From an uncultured Clostridia bacterium (GTDB taxonomy: Bacteria > Bacillota > Clostridia > Oscillospirales > CAG-272), in the NCBI GenBank assembly GCA_944381085.1, contig CALWJX010000005.1, positions 24,289 through 88,288 on the forward strand: a stretch of DNA of 64,000 bases, read 5' to 3'. A program made the position numbers and the translations under genes. Position 1 is the stretch's first letter. The number at the start of each line of letters is the position of its first letter. A model generated the notes under the pieces. It worked only from the letters and a program-made list of their open reading frames with translations, was not told the DNA's origin and did no database searches. This document shows positions 39,788-48,924 of the stretch, one piece after another.

Positions 39788-40822
39788 TTGAATATTGCAG
39801 TTTTGGCGGGAGGATATTCTCCCGAACGGGATGTGTCACTGGCGTCCGGAAGTCTGATTGCCAACGCTTTGATTGAGGAAGGGCACAAGGTGTGCCTGTG
39901 CGACCTTTACCTTGGGATTGAGCTTGGTGGCAAAAACATTTTATCTTTGTTTGAAGATAAGAAAAAAGAAATATATAAGGTGAAAAACGACGTGCCCGAT
40001 CTTGAAGATCTGAAAGAAAAAAGCGGGAACGGAAACGCGCTTGTCGGAAAAGGAATATTGGAAATATGCGGCGCGGCGGATGTGGTTTTTCTGGCGCTGC
40101 ACGGTTCGATAGGCGAGAACGGTCAGCTTCAGGCGATGTTCGACAATTACGGAATCAAATATACCGGCTCCGGGTATACCGGAAGCCTGCTTGCCATGAA
40201 TAAAGATATTTCAAAAAAGCTTTTTTGTTTCGCGGGAATCAAGACGCCGGAATGGCTGTACTGTAAAGCGGGAGAATGTAAAAGCGACGATATAGTAAGC
40301 AAGATAGGCTTGCCGTGTGTCGTAAAACCGTGTTCATGCGGTTCCAGCGTAGGAATTTCAATTGTGGAAGACAAAAACGAACTTGACAAAGCGCTTGAAT
40401 ACGCCTCAAAGTATGAAGAATACATTATAGTGGAAAAGAAGATCACGGGACGCGAGCTTACCGTGGGAATACTTGACGATGAGGTGCTTCCGATGATTGA
40501 AATTATTCCCACCGAGGGTTTTTACGATTATACAAACAAATATCAGGCGGGTAAGACATTGGAGATCTGTCCTGCGCATATAAGTGAAGAATGCAGGGAA
40601 AAGCTTGCTTTTTATTCAAAATCCGCGTTTGAGGCACTCAGACTGAAAGGTTATGCGAGATTTGACTATATTGTAGACAAGGAGGGCGAATGCTGGTGCC
40701 TTGAAGCGAATACTCTGCCCGGAATGACTCCCACGAGTCTTTTGCCTCAGATGGCGGAAAACCTGGGCGTTTCATACAGCAGGCTGTGTTGTAAAATTGT
40801 CGAGACAGCATTGAAAGCCTGA
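39788..40822 (+). CDS. ddl: D-alanine--D-alanine ligase
   Basis: N-terminus IAVLAGGYSPERDVSL, an ATP-grasp body and the C-terminal LEANTLPGMT motif. TTG start with an AAAGGAAAG RBS. Confidence 0.9.
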   Translation: MNIAVLAGGYSPERDVSLASGSLIANALIEEGHKVCLCDLYLGIELGGKNILSLFEDKKKEIYKVKNDVPDLEDLKEKSGNGNALVGKGILEICGAADVVFLALHGSIGENGQLQAMFDNYGIKYTGSGYTGSLLAMNKDISKKLFCFAGIKTPEWLYCKAGECKSDDIVSKIGLPCVVKPCSCGSSVGISIVEDKNELDKALEYASKYEEYIIVEKKITGRELTVGILDDEVLPMIEIIPTEGFYDYTNKYQAGKTLEICPAHISEECREKLAFYSKSAFEALRLKGYARFDYIVDKEGECWCLEANTLPGMTPTSLLPQMAENLGVSYSRLCCKIVETALKA

Positions 40823-40881
40823 CAACTCCATTTTTAATTTAATTTTGATTCAAAAAACAGGATAAAATACAGGAGCTGAAA

Positions 40882-41913
40882 ATGATTGATGGAAAAATCG
40901 GATATGCCGTGCTCGGTCTTGGCATAGGCATGGCACATGCGGAGGCGGCGCACCTGAGTGAAAACGCGGTACTGTGCGCCGTATGCGATATTGACAAGAA
41001 AAGACTTGATGAGGCTCATTCCATGTACCCGGATGCGACGCTTTACAACAACTTTGATCGTCTGCTCAACGACGGGAGAGTGGATATAATAAGCATTTGT
41101 CTGCCCTCATCTATGCACGCGGAGTATGCCGTGCGCGCCATGATGGCGGGCAAGCATGTGCTCATAGAAAAACCGGTGGATATAACTCCGGAAAGAGCAG
41201 AATTTATAATGATTGCGGAACATCAAACCAAAATGACCGCCGGGGTGGTGCATCAGAACAGGTTCAATCTTAACATGTATCCGATAAAACAGGCGATTGA
41301 CAGCGGAAGTATAGGAAAATTGTTCCTCGGTACTTTTGCCGTCAAGTGGTACCGTGAGCAGTCTTATTACGACAGAGGTGGTTGGAGAGGAACATGGGAG
41401 TATGACGGCGGAGGCTCGCTGATTAATCAAGCGGTACATACTGTCGACCTTATGCGATGGCTGATGGGAGAACCGGTCTCGGTAACGGCACACGCGGGCA
41501 TTGTCAATCACAAAATAGATACGGAGGATCTTACAGCGTCGCTTATTAAATTCGAGAGCGGGGCGGTAGCCACATTTGTGAGCACTACATGCGCGTATCC
41601 GGGAATTTCAACCGAAATAAGTCTTTACGGCACCGACGGGACTATCGAAGCCGACGGAGACGCGATAAAGCTTTGGAAAATGCGCAATTCGGTAAATGAG
41701 GAAAAAGAAGAAGAGTCTATTCTCAAAAGATACGGAAACGGCAACCTGTCGGCTTCGGTATATGAGCCGGAAAAACTTTACGGGCATAGGTTTGTCGTGG
41801 AGGATATGATTCTGGCGGTCAGGGATAAAAGAGCGCCTAAGGTGACTGTGAAAGACGCGGTGGACAGTCTGAAGATTGTCGATATGATTTACCGCTCCGC
41901 AAAACTTAGATAA
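40882..41913 (+). CDS. Gfo/Idh/MocA-family oxidoreductase
   Basis: N-terminal Rossmann fold (GYAVLGLGIGMAH), the EKP motif (VLIEKPV) and a C-terminal alpha/beta domain. Confidence 0.85.
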   Translation: MIDGKIGYAVLGLGIGMAHAEAAHLSENAVLCAVCDIDKKRLDEAHSMYPDATLYNNFDRLLNDGRVDIISICLPSSMHAEYAVRAMMAGKHVLIEKPVDITPERAEFIMIAEHQTKMTAGVVHQNRFNLNMYPIKQAIDSGSIGKLFLGTFAVKWYREQSYYDRGGWRGTWEYDGGGSLINQAVHTVDLMRWLMGEPVSVTAHAGIVNHKIDTEDLTASLIKFESGAVATFVSTTCAYPGISTEISLYGTDGTIEADGDAIKLWKMRNSVNEEKEEESILKRYGNGNLSASVYEPEKLYGHRFVVEDMILAVRDKRAPKVTVKDAVDSLKIVDMIYRSAKLR

Positions 41914-41944
41914 CGAAAAATTATATCAAAGCGCCAAAATACGA

Positions 41945-41973
41945 TTGACAAAATATACCGTGTATTGTATAAT
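41945..41973 (+). promoter_or_regulatory. consensus sigma-70-type promoter
   Basis: TTGACA (41945-41950), 17-nt spacer, TATAAT (41968-41973). Confidence 0.6.
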
Positions 41974-42013
41974 ATATAATTGAAAAATTTCAGCAGGTCA
42001 AAGGAGAACTGAA

Positions 42014-44737
42014 ATGGATTTTAAAAATGTTGACAAAAAATACCGCCCTGTGCCTTTTTGGTCATGGAACGAGAAACTGAATGTTCCGGAATCGGTGCGT
42101 CAGACCGCGCTTATGGACGAGGCGGGGATAGGCGGATACTTTATGCACGCGCGCGGCGGACTTCAGACCGAGTATATGGGAAAAGAATGGTTTGAAAATG
42201 TCGCGGCATGTGTGGAAGAGTGCAAAAAAAGAGGAATGCACGCTTGGGCTTACGATGAAAACGGTTGGCCGTCGGGCTTCGGCGGAGGCAAGGTAAACGG
42301 AAAGGGAGAAAAGTATTGGCAGAAATATCTGAGAGTACGTTCTTGCGCCGATAATCTTTCCGACATTCCGAAAAACAGAATTATATACAATGACAGAAAA
42401 AAATGCTTTTACTATGAAGTCAATCCCTTTTATGTAGACACGATGGACAGAGAGGTAATAGGCGACTTTATAAAAGAGATATATGTTCCTTATTATGAAA
42501 AATTCGGTTCCGGCTTTGAGGGATTTTTCACAGATGAGCCTCAGATCTCAAGAAACGGAATTCCATGGAGCCTTACGTTGCCCCAAAAGTATAAAGAAAA
42601 ATACGGGGAAGACATAAACGGCATTTTGGAGTCTCTGTTTGAGCAGACAGGCGACTTTAAGACCGCGCGTGTAAAGTTCTGGAAGCTTGTTACCGAGTTG
42701 TTCTCGGAAAATTTCATGAAGCAGATTCACGATTGGTGTAAGGCTCACGACCTTAAGTTTACCGGTCACCTGGTGCTTGAGGAAAGTCTGCATTCTCAGC
42801 TTGTTTCAAACGGCGCGTGTATGCCGCACTATGAATACCTCGATATTCCGGGTATGGACTGGCTTTGCCGCCCGATTTTCCCGTGCCTTACTCCTCTTCA
42901 GGTCGCAAGTACGGCGGCTCAGACCGGCAAAAAGCAGGTGCTGTCCGAAACCTTTGCGCTGTGCGGACACAATGTGGGACACGACGAGCTCAAGAGAAAT
43001 TACGAGTGGATGACCGTAAGGGGAATCAACCTTATGTGCCAGCATCTGGAGGGCTATTCTCTGCGGGGAATCAGAAAAAGAGATTATCCGCCGGCAATGT
43101 ATGTCCAGCAGCCTTGGTGGGCGGACTATAAGATTTTCAACGACGCGATGTCGCGCGTCGGAATGATGCTATGCGAGGGCAGAATAGAATTCGATACCCT
43201 GCTTATGCATAATATGACATCGGCATGGATTTGTTATAACGACAAGGACAATAAGGGTCTGGATGAGCTTAACTCGGCTCTTATAGAGGACATAAACAAA
43301 CTTGAGGCTAAACATATTCCTTTCCACCTCGGAGACGAGATACTTATGGAAAGACACGGCAGAGTTGAGGGCGGAAAGCTTGTTATAGGAGAGATGGCTT
43401 ATTCCAGAGTTGTGATTCCGAAGCATATTATGTTCCTTGAAAATACGGAAAAGCTGCTTGCAGAGTTCCGCGCCGCGGGCGGAATTGTAACTACCGCGGA
43501 CGAAGTTGAGGCAAACGGTATAATAGACAATCCCGAAATTACATATACCTGCCGGGAATATGACGGATTTACACTCCATTACTTTGTAAACTCTACCGAC
43601 CGCAAGCAGAAAGCAAAGATTGCAAAGGGAAGTTATGCCATTGATATTGTCACCGGTGAAAAGACAGACTTTTACGGTGAGTATACTTTCCCGGAATACG
43701 GTAGCCTTGTGGTTATCGACGACGGCAGCGAACACGCGAAAATGCCGGCAATTAGGGATTTGAAATCATTGGATATAACCGGCGATTGGATAGTCGAGAA
43801 TGCTACCGAAAATTCGCTGACGCTTGATAAATGCACTTATTGGTTTGACGGCGAGCTTCAGCAGGAGAACGGCTATATACTTGACGTCGCTTCACGCGCG
43901 TACGCGCTTGAAAGACCGGTAGATATAAGATGCCGCTTTATTGTCAATATGGAATATGTTCCGGAAAAGCTGTATCTTGCGTGCGAGACTCCCGAGATAT
44001 TTGATATCACTATAAACGGAAAGAAGCTTGACAAGAAAGACTGCGGGTATTTCAGGGATATTTCGTTCAGAAAGCTTGATGTGTCGGGATATTTTGGCGT
44101 CGGCGAAAATGTTATCGAAACTTTTGTTCATTTCAGTCAGTCGGACGAAGTTTACGAGAATATGAAAAAATCCAAAATATTCGAGTCTGAGAAGAATAAG
44201 CTTACCTACGACATGGAAATAGAGTCAATGTATCTTGTGGGTGATTTCGGCGTTCGCTGCGACGGTAAATTTGAGGAGATTCCGAATGACGCGTCTTTCT
44301 TTGACGGAAGCTTTACTGTTGTGGCTCCCGTACATGCCGTCTCGCTCCATGAAATAGAGAAGCAAGGTTATCCTTTCTTCTGCGGAGAATTGACCTTGAG
44401 TAAGACTTTTGAGCTTGAGGACGGTGAATACAGGTTTGATAGTATTAAGAAGGGAGTCAATGTCATCAGAGTGTCGGCAAACGGTAAGGAGTGCGGAAAA
44501 TTACTCTGGGCGCCTTACGAGGTCGATTTGTCCGACGTGCTTATCCCGGGTAAAAATACCGTAAAAATTACTCTTGTAAACAATCTTCGCAATTTACTCG
44601 GGCCTCATCACCATGTCGGAGGCGAGATTTTTGCGGTAAGTCCTGCGTCATTCTACGATGAGGGTTGTATCTGGAACGGTTACAGCGGCGGTTATTATAC
44701 CGATAAGTACAGTTTTGTACATACAAGCCTTATTTAA
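42014..44737 (+). CDS. large cytoplasmic glycoside-hydrolase-like protein (family uncertain; GH106-like N-terminal motif)
   Basis: 907 aa with no signal peptide. The N-terminal RPVPFWSWNEKL...GIGGYFMHARGG pattern recalls uncharacterised glycosyl hydrolases related to GH106-type enzymes. The C-terminal region looks beta-rich. Confidence 0.5.
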   Translation: MDFKNVDKKYRPVPFWSWNEKLNVPESVRQTALMDEAGIGGYFMHARGGLQTEYMGKEWFENVAACVEECKKRGMHAWAYDENGWPSGFGGGKVNGKGEKYWQKYLRVRSCADNLSDIPKNRIIYNDRKKCFYYEVNPFYVDTMDREVIGDFIKEIYVPYYEKFGSGFEGFFTDEPQISRNGIPWSLTLPQKYKEKYGEDINGILESLFEQTGDFKTARVKFWKLVTELFSENFMKQIHDWCKAHDLKFTGHLVLEESLHSQLVSNGACMPHYEYLDIPGMDWLCRPIFPCLTPLQVASTAAQTGKKQVLSETFALCGHNVGHDELKRNYEWMTVRGINLMCQHLEGYSLRGIRKRDYPPAMYVQQPWWADYKIFNDAMSRVGMMLCEGRIEFDTLLMHNMTSAWICYNDKDNKGLDELNSALIEDINKLEAKHIPFHLGDEILMERHGRVEGGKLVIGEMAYSRVVIPKHIMFLENTEKLLAEFRAAGGIVTTADEVEANGIIDNPEITYTCREYDGFTLHYFVNSTDRKQKAKIAKGSYAIDIVTGEKTDFYGEYTFPEYGSLVVIDDGSEHAKMPAIRDLKSLDITGDWIVENATENSLTLDKCTYWFDGELQQENGYILDVASRAYALERPVDIRCRFIVNMEYVPEKLYLACETPEIFDITINGKKLDKKDCGYFRDISFRKLDVSGYFGVGENVIETFVHFSQSDEVYENMKKSKIFESEKNKLTYDMEIESMYLVGDFGVRCDGKFEEIPNDASFFDGSFTVVAPVHAVSLHEIEKQGYPFFCGELTLSKTFELEDGEYRFDSIKKGVNVIRVSANGKECGKLLWAPYEVDLSDVLIPGKNTVKITLVNNLRNLLGPHHHVGGEIFAVSPASFYDEGCIWNGYSGGYYTDKYSFVHTSLI

Positions 44738-44822
44738 CCTGTTTTCCTGTAATAAAACATTTAACATACAGACTGATCCGTTTAATGTCGGGTCAGCCTG
44801 TTTTTAACAAGATATATTTAAA

Positions 44823-44876
44823 TAAGTCTCACATTTGCCGTTGTTATTATGGCAAATATGAGACTTTATTATTTTT
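44823..44876. terminator. bidirectional terminator candidate between the glycosidase-like gene and spo0A
   Basis: AAGTCTCACATTTGCC - 12-nt loop - GGCAAATATGAGACTT, T-rich on both sides. Confidence 0.7.
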
Positions 44877-44913
44877 AACGGGAAAACATCATCAAAGTTT
44901 TTCCGCGATGTAT

Positions 44914-45711
44914 TCAAAGCTTATACTTAAGACGTAAATTATCGGCTATCATGGCGATAAATTCCGAATTTGTAGGCTTGCCTCTGTTGTTCTGGATTGT
45001 ATATCCGAAGAAGGAATTCAGAGTGTCAACATCTCCTCTGTCCCATGCCACTTCTATCGCATGGCGTATGGCGCGTTCTACTCTTGACGTAGTGGTGGAG
45101 TATTTTTTTGCAACTGTGGGGTAAAGAATTTTTGTGACCGAGTTGATTGCCTCGCTGTCCTTTATAGTCATCATTATCGCCGTTCTCAGATACTGATAAC
45201 CTTTTATGTGCGCGGGAACACCGATTTGATGAATAATTCGGGTTACCTGTGCCTCAATATCGGAGGATAGATTTGCCGGGTCTGAGCGTTTTACCATTTC
45301 AATTGACGAATCGTTTTTGTTTTCACTTCTTGTTTTAATGAATTGCTCGCAAAGATCAATAAGATTATGCGGGTCAATCGGTTTTATCAGGCACAGCTCC
45401 GCTCCCATGTTGATTGCCTGTACAAAAATGTTGGGGGTGGAAACCGGCGAGGTGACAATTATAATCGGCGGCTTGTCCGTTGAATATGTCAGGGACGATG
45501 CTTTTTTAACAACGCTTAAACCGTCTATTTTAGCTAACCAAATGTCAATAATAGCTATATCCGGATGATTCCGCTCAATCTTTCCGAGAGCCTCTTCACC
45601 GTCTGACGCCTCGTCAATGTATCTGCAGCCCGCGCGCATAAAAAAATCTTTTAAGGTGTTCCTCATGCTGCTGTTCTCATCTGCTATGAGTACCTTTGTG
45701 GTGTAATCCAT
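44914..45711 (-). CDS. spo0A: sporulation master regulator Spo0A
   Basis: Receiver domain (VLIADEN.., [11 protein letters not shown]) plus the Spo0A-specific C-terminal DNA-binding domain ([20 protein letters not shown]). Confidence 0.92.
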   Translation of the reverse strand: MDYTTKVLIADENSSMRNTLKDFFMRAGCRYIDEASDGEEALGKIERNHPDIAIIDIWLAKIDGLSVVKKASSLTYSTDKPPIIIVTSPVSTPNIFVQAINMGAELCLIKPIDPHNLIDLCEQFIKTRSENKNDSSIEMVKRSDPANLSSDIEAQVTRIIHQIGVPAHIKGYQYLRTAIMMTIKDSEAINSVTKILYPTVAKKYSTTTSRVERAIRHAIEVAWDRGDVDTLNSFFGYTIQNNRGKPTNSEFIAMIADNLRLKYKL

Positions 45712-45940
45712 TACAATCTTCCTCCTGATTTTTTCTTTGAAATGTTACTTGTATATAATACCACAAAAATGGAAAAAATGCAATACATTTACAGAAAATT
45801 CCATTTAGCAAATTAAACAAAATTTGTGCTTGATATTTGTAAAATGATAACAAAAAGTAAAAACCACTAAAAACTGACAGAACCGATAAAAATTAATTCA
45901 GATAATGGGGAATTTGGAACAGATATGCCGGTCATGCAAA

Positions 45941-46007
45941 AATAAAAGAAAACCATACGTTGATTCAAAAGCGGAAAATGGCTTTGAATATCGTATGGTT
46001 TTTTTAA
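45941..46007 (-). terminator. terminator candidate after the ABC/DUF1854 operon
   Basis: Long imperfect hairpin AAACCATACG..GATTCAAA..GC / GCTTTGAATATCGTATGGTTT with T-rich flanks on both strands. Confidence 0.55.
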
Positions 46008-46029
46008 AATCAGAAGAGTTTGAGCAAGA

Positions 46030-48219
46030 TTATTTTTCCTGAGCGAGTCTTTGCTGTGCCATAACCAGTTTATAATATATACCTTTCATATCGAGAAGCT
46101 CTCTGTGTGTGCCGTATTCTTTGAGCTTGCCATGATCGATTACAAGTATTTTGTCTGCGTTTCTAAGTGTTGACAGACGGTGCGCGATGGCAATGGTAGT
46201 ACGTCCCTCGGTAAGATGATTTATGGCGTCCTGAATAAGCTTTTCGGTTTCGGTATCAAGCGCGGCGGTGGCTTCGTCAAGAATAAGTATTTTGGGGTTA
46301 TGAATCAGCGCTCGGGCTATTGCGATACGCTGACGTTCTCCTCCGGAAAGGGAATAGCCCTTCTCTCCGACGACGGTATTGTAGCCCTCGGGCAGACTCA
46401 TAATGAAATCATGAGCGTTTGCGAGCTTAGCGGCTTCAATGACCTGCTCGTTTGTGGCGTGAGGCGCTGCGTAACGTATATTGTCGCGTATGGAGCCTGA
46501 GAACAGCAATGTTTCCTGCAAGACCACGCCCATCTGGGTGCGGAGGGAGTTCTGTGCTATCTCGCGTATATCGGTGCCGTCCACAAGTATTTGACCTTCT
46601 GTGGTGTCATACATACGCATTATCAGGTTGACAAGAGTGGTTTTTCCGCAGCCGGAGTGACCGACTATACCGATCATCTCGCCCGCTTTTATATCAAAAG
46701 TAACATGCTCAAGCACGGGGTCATAACTGTTGTAGCCGAAAGTAACGTTTCTGAGCGAAATATCGCCGCTGAGTTTAACATACTTGGGGCTGTCTATATC
46801 GGATACGTCGGGATTTTCCTCAAGTATTTCGAGCACTTTTGAAAGCGATGTGGTAAACTCCGAAATACTTCTCGGGATAGTGGTTATCTGCATGATAGGC
46901 TCGTAAATCATGTTACAGTATGTATTGCACTGGTTTACAAGACCTACCGTCATCGGGTCTACAAACATGAGGTAGTTACCGTACATAAGAATCGCATAGC
47001 TTCCCAAGCGTATAACAAAACCCATGATAGGGAATACAGTGTCAAAAAGTTTGGCGTTGGAACAATCCTGTTTTGCCTGATTGGCGGTATTTGTTTGGAA
47101 GGTGTTTACCGCCGCGTCTTCATTTCCGTATGATTTGACTATTCTTATACCGTTAAGTATATCCTGTAGGTGGTGGTTTGTGCGCATACCGAGCACCCAA
47201 GCACGTATATTTCTCCTGTTCATTGTTTTTCTGAACTTTACTATAAAGAGAATAGCGAAGGGCAGGGGAATGAATATGAACATGCACATCAGAGGATTTA
47301 GCCATATCATAAGACAGAGCGCGACAACAAATGAGAGAATATATGATACGTAGGATGGCAAAAGGTTTGTTATAAAGTTCTGCACTACCGAGACATCGTT
47401 GTTGATTCTTCCCATGAGGTCGCCGGTTGATTTTTCCTGTATTGAGGACATCGAGAGCATCTGAATTTTTTCAAACAACAGTGAACGCAAAAGCAGCGTG
47501 AATTTATTTCCGGAAATCGCGGATATTCTCGACTGTATGACATTTAGGGTTCTGTGCACAAGGTCGAAAGAGACTATTGCAAATATTACGGCTATAAAAG
47601 CTCCGTATTGTTGGTTTTTCGGTATGATGTAATCGTCAATCGCGATAGCTTGGAAGAAAGGAACGATAAAGCGTATTACGACCGCGATGGCGGTGGTAAT
47701 CAAAGGCGCCATCATCATAAAACGCAGTCCTCTTGTCATACCCCAAAGCTTTTTGTATATTTCTTTCTTGTTTTGGCAAAAAGGACAGATTTTTGTATGA
47801 ACAACGAAAGGACGACCGCATTTCGGACAGAAGCGTTCGGGCTCGTCGCTTTTAAGCACGGTATCGGAGTCACCCTTGGCAAGCAGTTCACATGCCTTTA
47901 CCATGACCGAGTAACGCGGGAGATTACGCCCTGAATTAATTCGACACAGCATGGTGGAAACTCCGTTGACCTTTGCGTAAAAGGCGCTGCATCCGTAGAG
48001 CGATTCGACCGAAAAATCGCTCATTTCTGAATAAGTATATGTTTCAAGCAGTTTACCCTCAAGCAGTTTATATATGTGCTTGTCGGTAAACAGCATGTAT
48101 CCTTCGGCATATTTGTTGTTTTCGTAGTTGTAGGGAAGGCAGTACATTCGCTTTTCACCGAGGGCCTCAGCGGGAAGAGCCGCTTCGTCCTGCTTGGGGA
48201 GGTCAAACATCAGTTTCAT
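46030..48219 (-). CDS. ABC exporter half-transporter (TMD-NBD) with an N-terminal cytoplasmic extension containing a zinc ribbon
   Basis: Walker A GHSGCGKTT, signature LSGGERQR, Walker B ILILDEATAALD. Six-TM exporter region. The extra N-terminus includes CPKCGRPFVVHTKICPFC. Confidence 0.85.
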   Translation of the reverse strand: MKLMFDLPKQDEAALPAEALGEKRMYCLPYNYENNKYAEGYMLFTDKHIYKLLEGKLLETYTYSEMSDFSVESLYGCSAFYAKVNGVSTMLCRINSGRNLPRYSVMVKACELLAKGDSDTVLKSDEPERFCPKCGRPFVVHTKICPFCQNKKEIYKKLWGMTRGLRFMMMAPLITTAIAVVIRFIVPFFQAIAIDDYIIPKNQQYGAFIAVIFAIVSFDLVHRTLNVIQSRISAISGNKFTLLLRSLLFEKIQMLSMSSIQEKSTGDLMGRINNDVSVVQNFITNLLPSYVSYILSFVVALCLMIWLNPLMCMFIFIPLPFAILFIVKFRKTMNRRNIRAWVLGMRTNHHLQDILNGIRIVKSYGNEDAAVNTFQTNTANQAKQDCSNAKLFDTVFPIMGFVIRLGSYAILMYGNYLMFVDPMTVGLVNQCNTYCNMIYEPIMQITTIPRSISEFTTSLSKVLEILEENPDVSDIDSPKYVKLSGDISLRNVTFGYNSYDPVLEHVTFDIKAGEMIGIVGHSGCGKTTLVNLIMRMYDTTEGQILVDGTDIREIAQNSLRTQMGVVLQETLLFSGSIRDNIRYAAPHATNEQVIEAAKLANAHDFIMSLPEGYNTVVGEKGYSLSGGERQRIAIARALIHNPKILILDEATAALDTETEKLIQDAINHLTEGRTTIAIAHRLSTLRNADKILVIDHGKLKEYGTHRELLDMKGIYYKLVMAQQRLAQEK

Positions 48220-48304
48220 CTTTGACTAATCCTTTCTTGATTATCTTCGGATCGGATATTTTAATAATAAAATTCGGGATTTACGGCAACAGCGTAAGTC
48301 TGTA

Positions 48305-48886
48305 TCACAGATATATTTCGATACGTTTCAGGCTTGCCTTGTCAAGCTTATTCGGATCTGTTATTTCAAAGCAGTTTCCGTCGATATCGTACAGAAACAT
48401 TCTGCCGTCCTCAAAGGTGCGGAAATTGGAGTACGGGTTGTTCATGACAAACGAGACCTTACCGGCTACGGTTTCCACATCAAAGTAGAGATATCCGAAT
48501 TTTTCCTGAACTTTGTTTATTTTTTTGATTACCGGGATAAAGTACCTGCGGTCCAGTTCGGAAAGCAGCAGTTCCTGGGTGCGCTCGTCAAAGTCGGACA
48601 TTTTCCGTATCATACCGATTTCGGCGCCGCGTCCTTTTTCTCTTGTATCCGGTTCCCTCACGGAAATGAACTCATCCGGTTCTGTGATCGGAAAGGCACG
48701 GACAGGGAGCACGCGCTCAAAAAACTCGTCTCCGTATTGTTCGGTGTGAACTTCAAGCGAGATAAGACCTCCGCTTGAAAGTGAGAATTTCGCGTTTTCC
48801 GGAGTCAGCTGTACCGATTTGCGTTTATCAAAAAGGCTGTCAATATTGTCATTGTCGTTTTCATTCATATTTTTAACTTCTGCCAT
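48305..48886 (-). CDS. DUF1854-family protein
   Basis: 193-aa soluble protein between two ABC exporter genes. The sequence layout (..VLPVRAFPITEPDEFISV.., ..YFIPVIKKI..) matches my recollection of DUF1854, which is typically linked to ABC genes. Confidence 0.65.
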   Translation of the reverse strand: MAEVKNMNENDNDNIDSLFDKRKSVQLTPENAKFSLSSGGLISLEVHTEQYGDEFFERVLPVRAFPITEPDEFISVREPDTREKGRGAEIGMIRKMSDFDERTQELLLSELDRRYFIPVIKKINKVQEKFGYLYFDVETVAGKVSFVMNNPYSNFRTFEDGRMFLYDIDGNCFEITDPNKLDKASLKRIEIYL

Positions 48887-48924
48887 AAATCTATGACCAT
48901 CCTTTCAAAGTTTAAGAGAGTGAC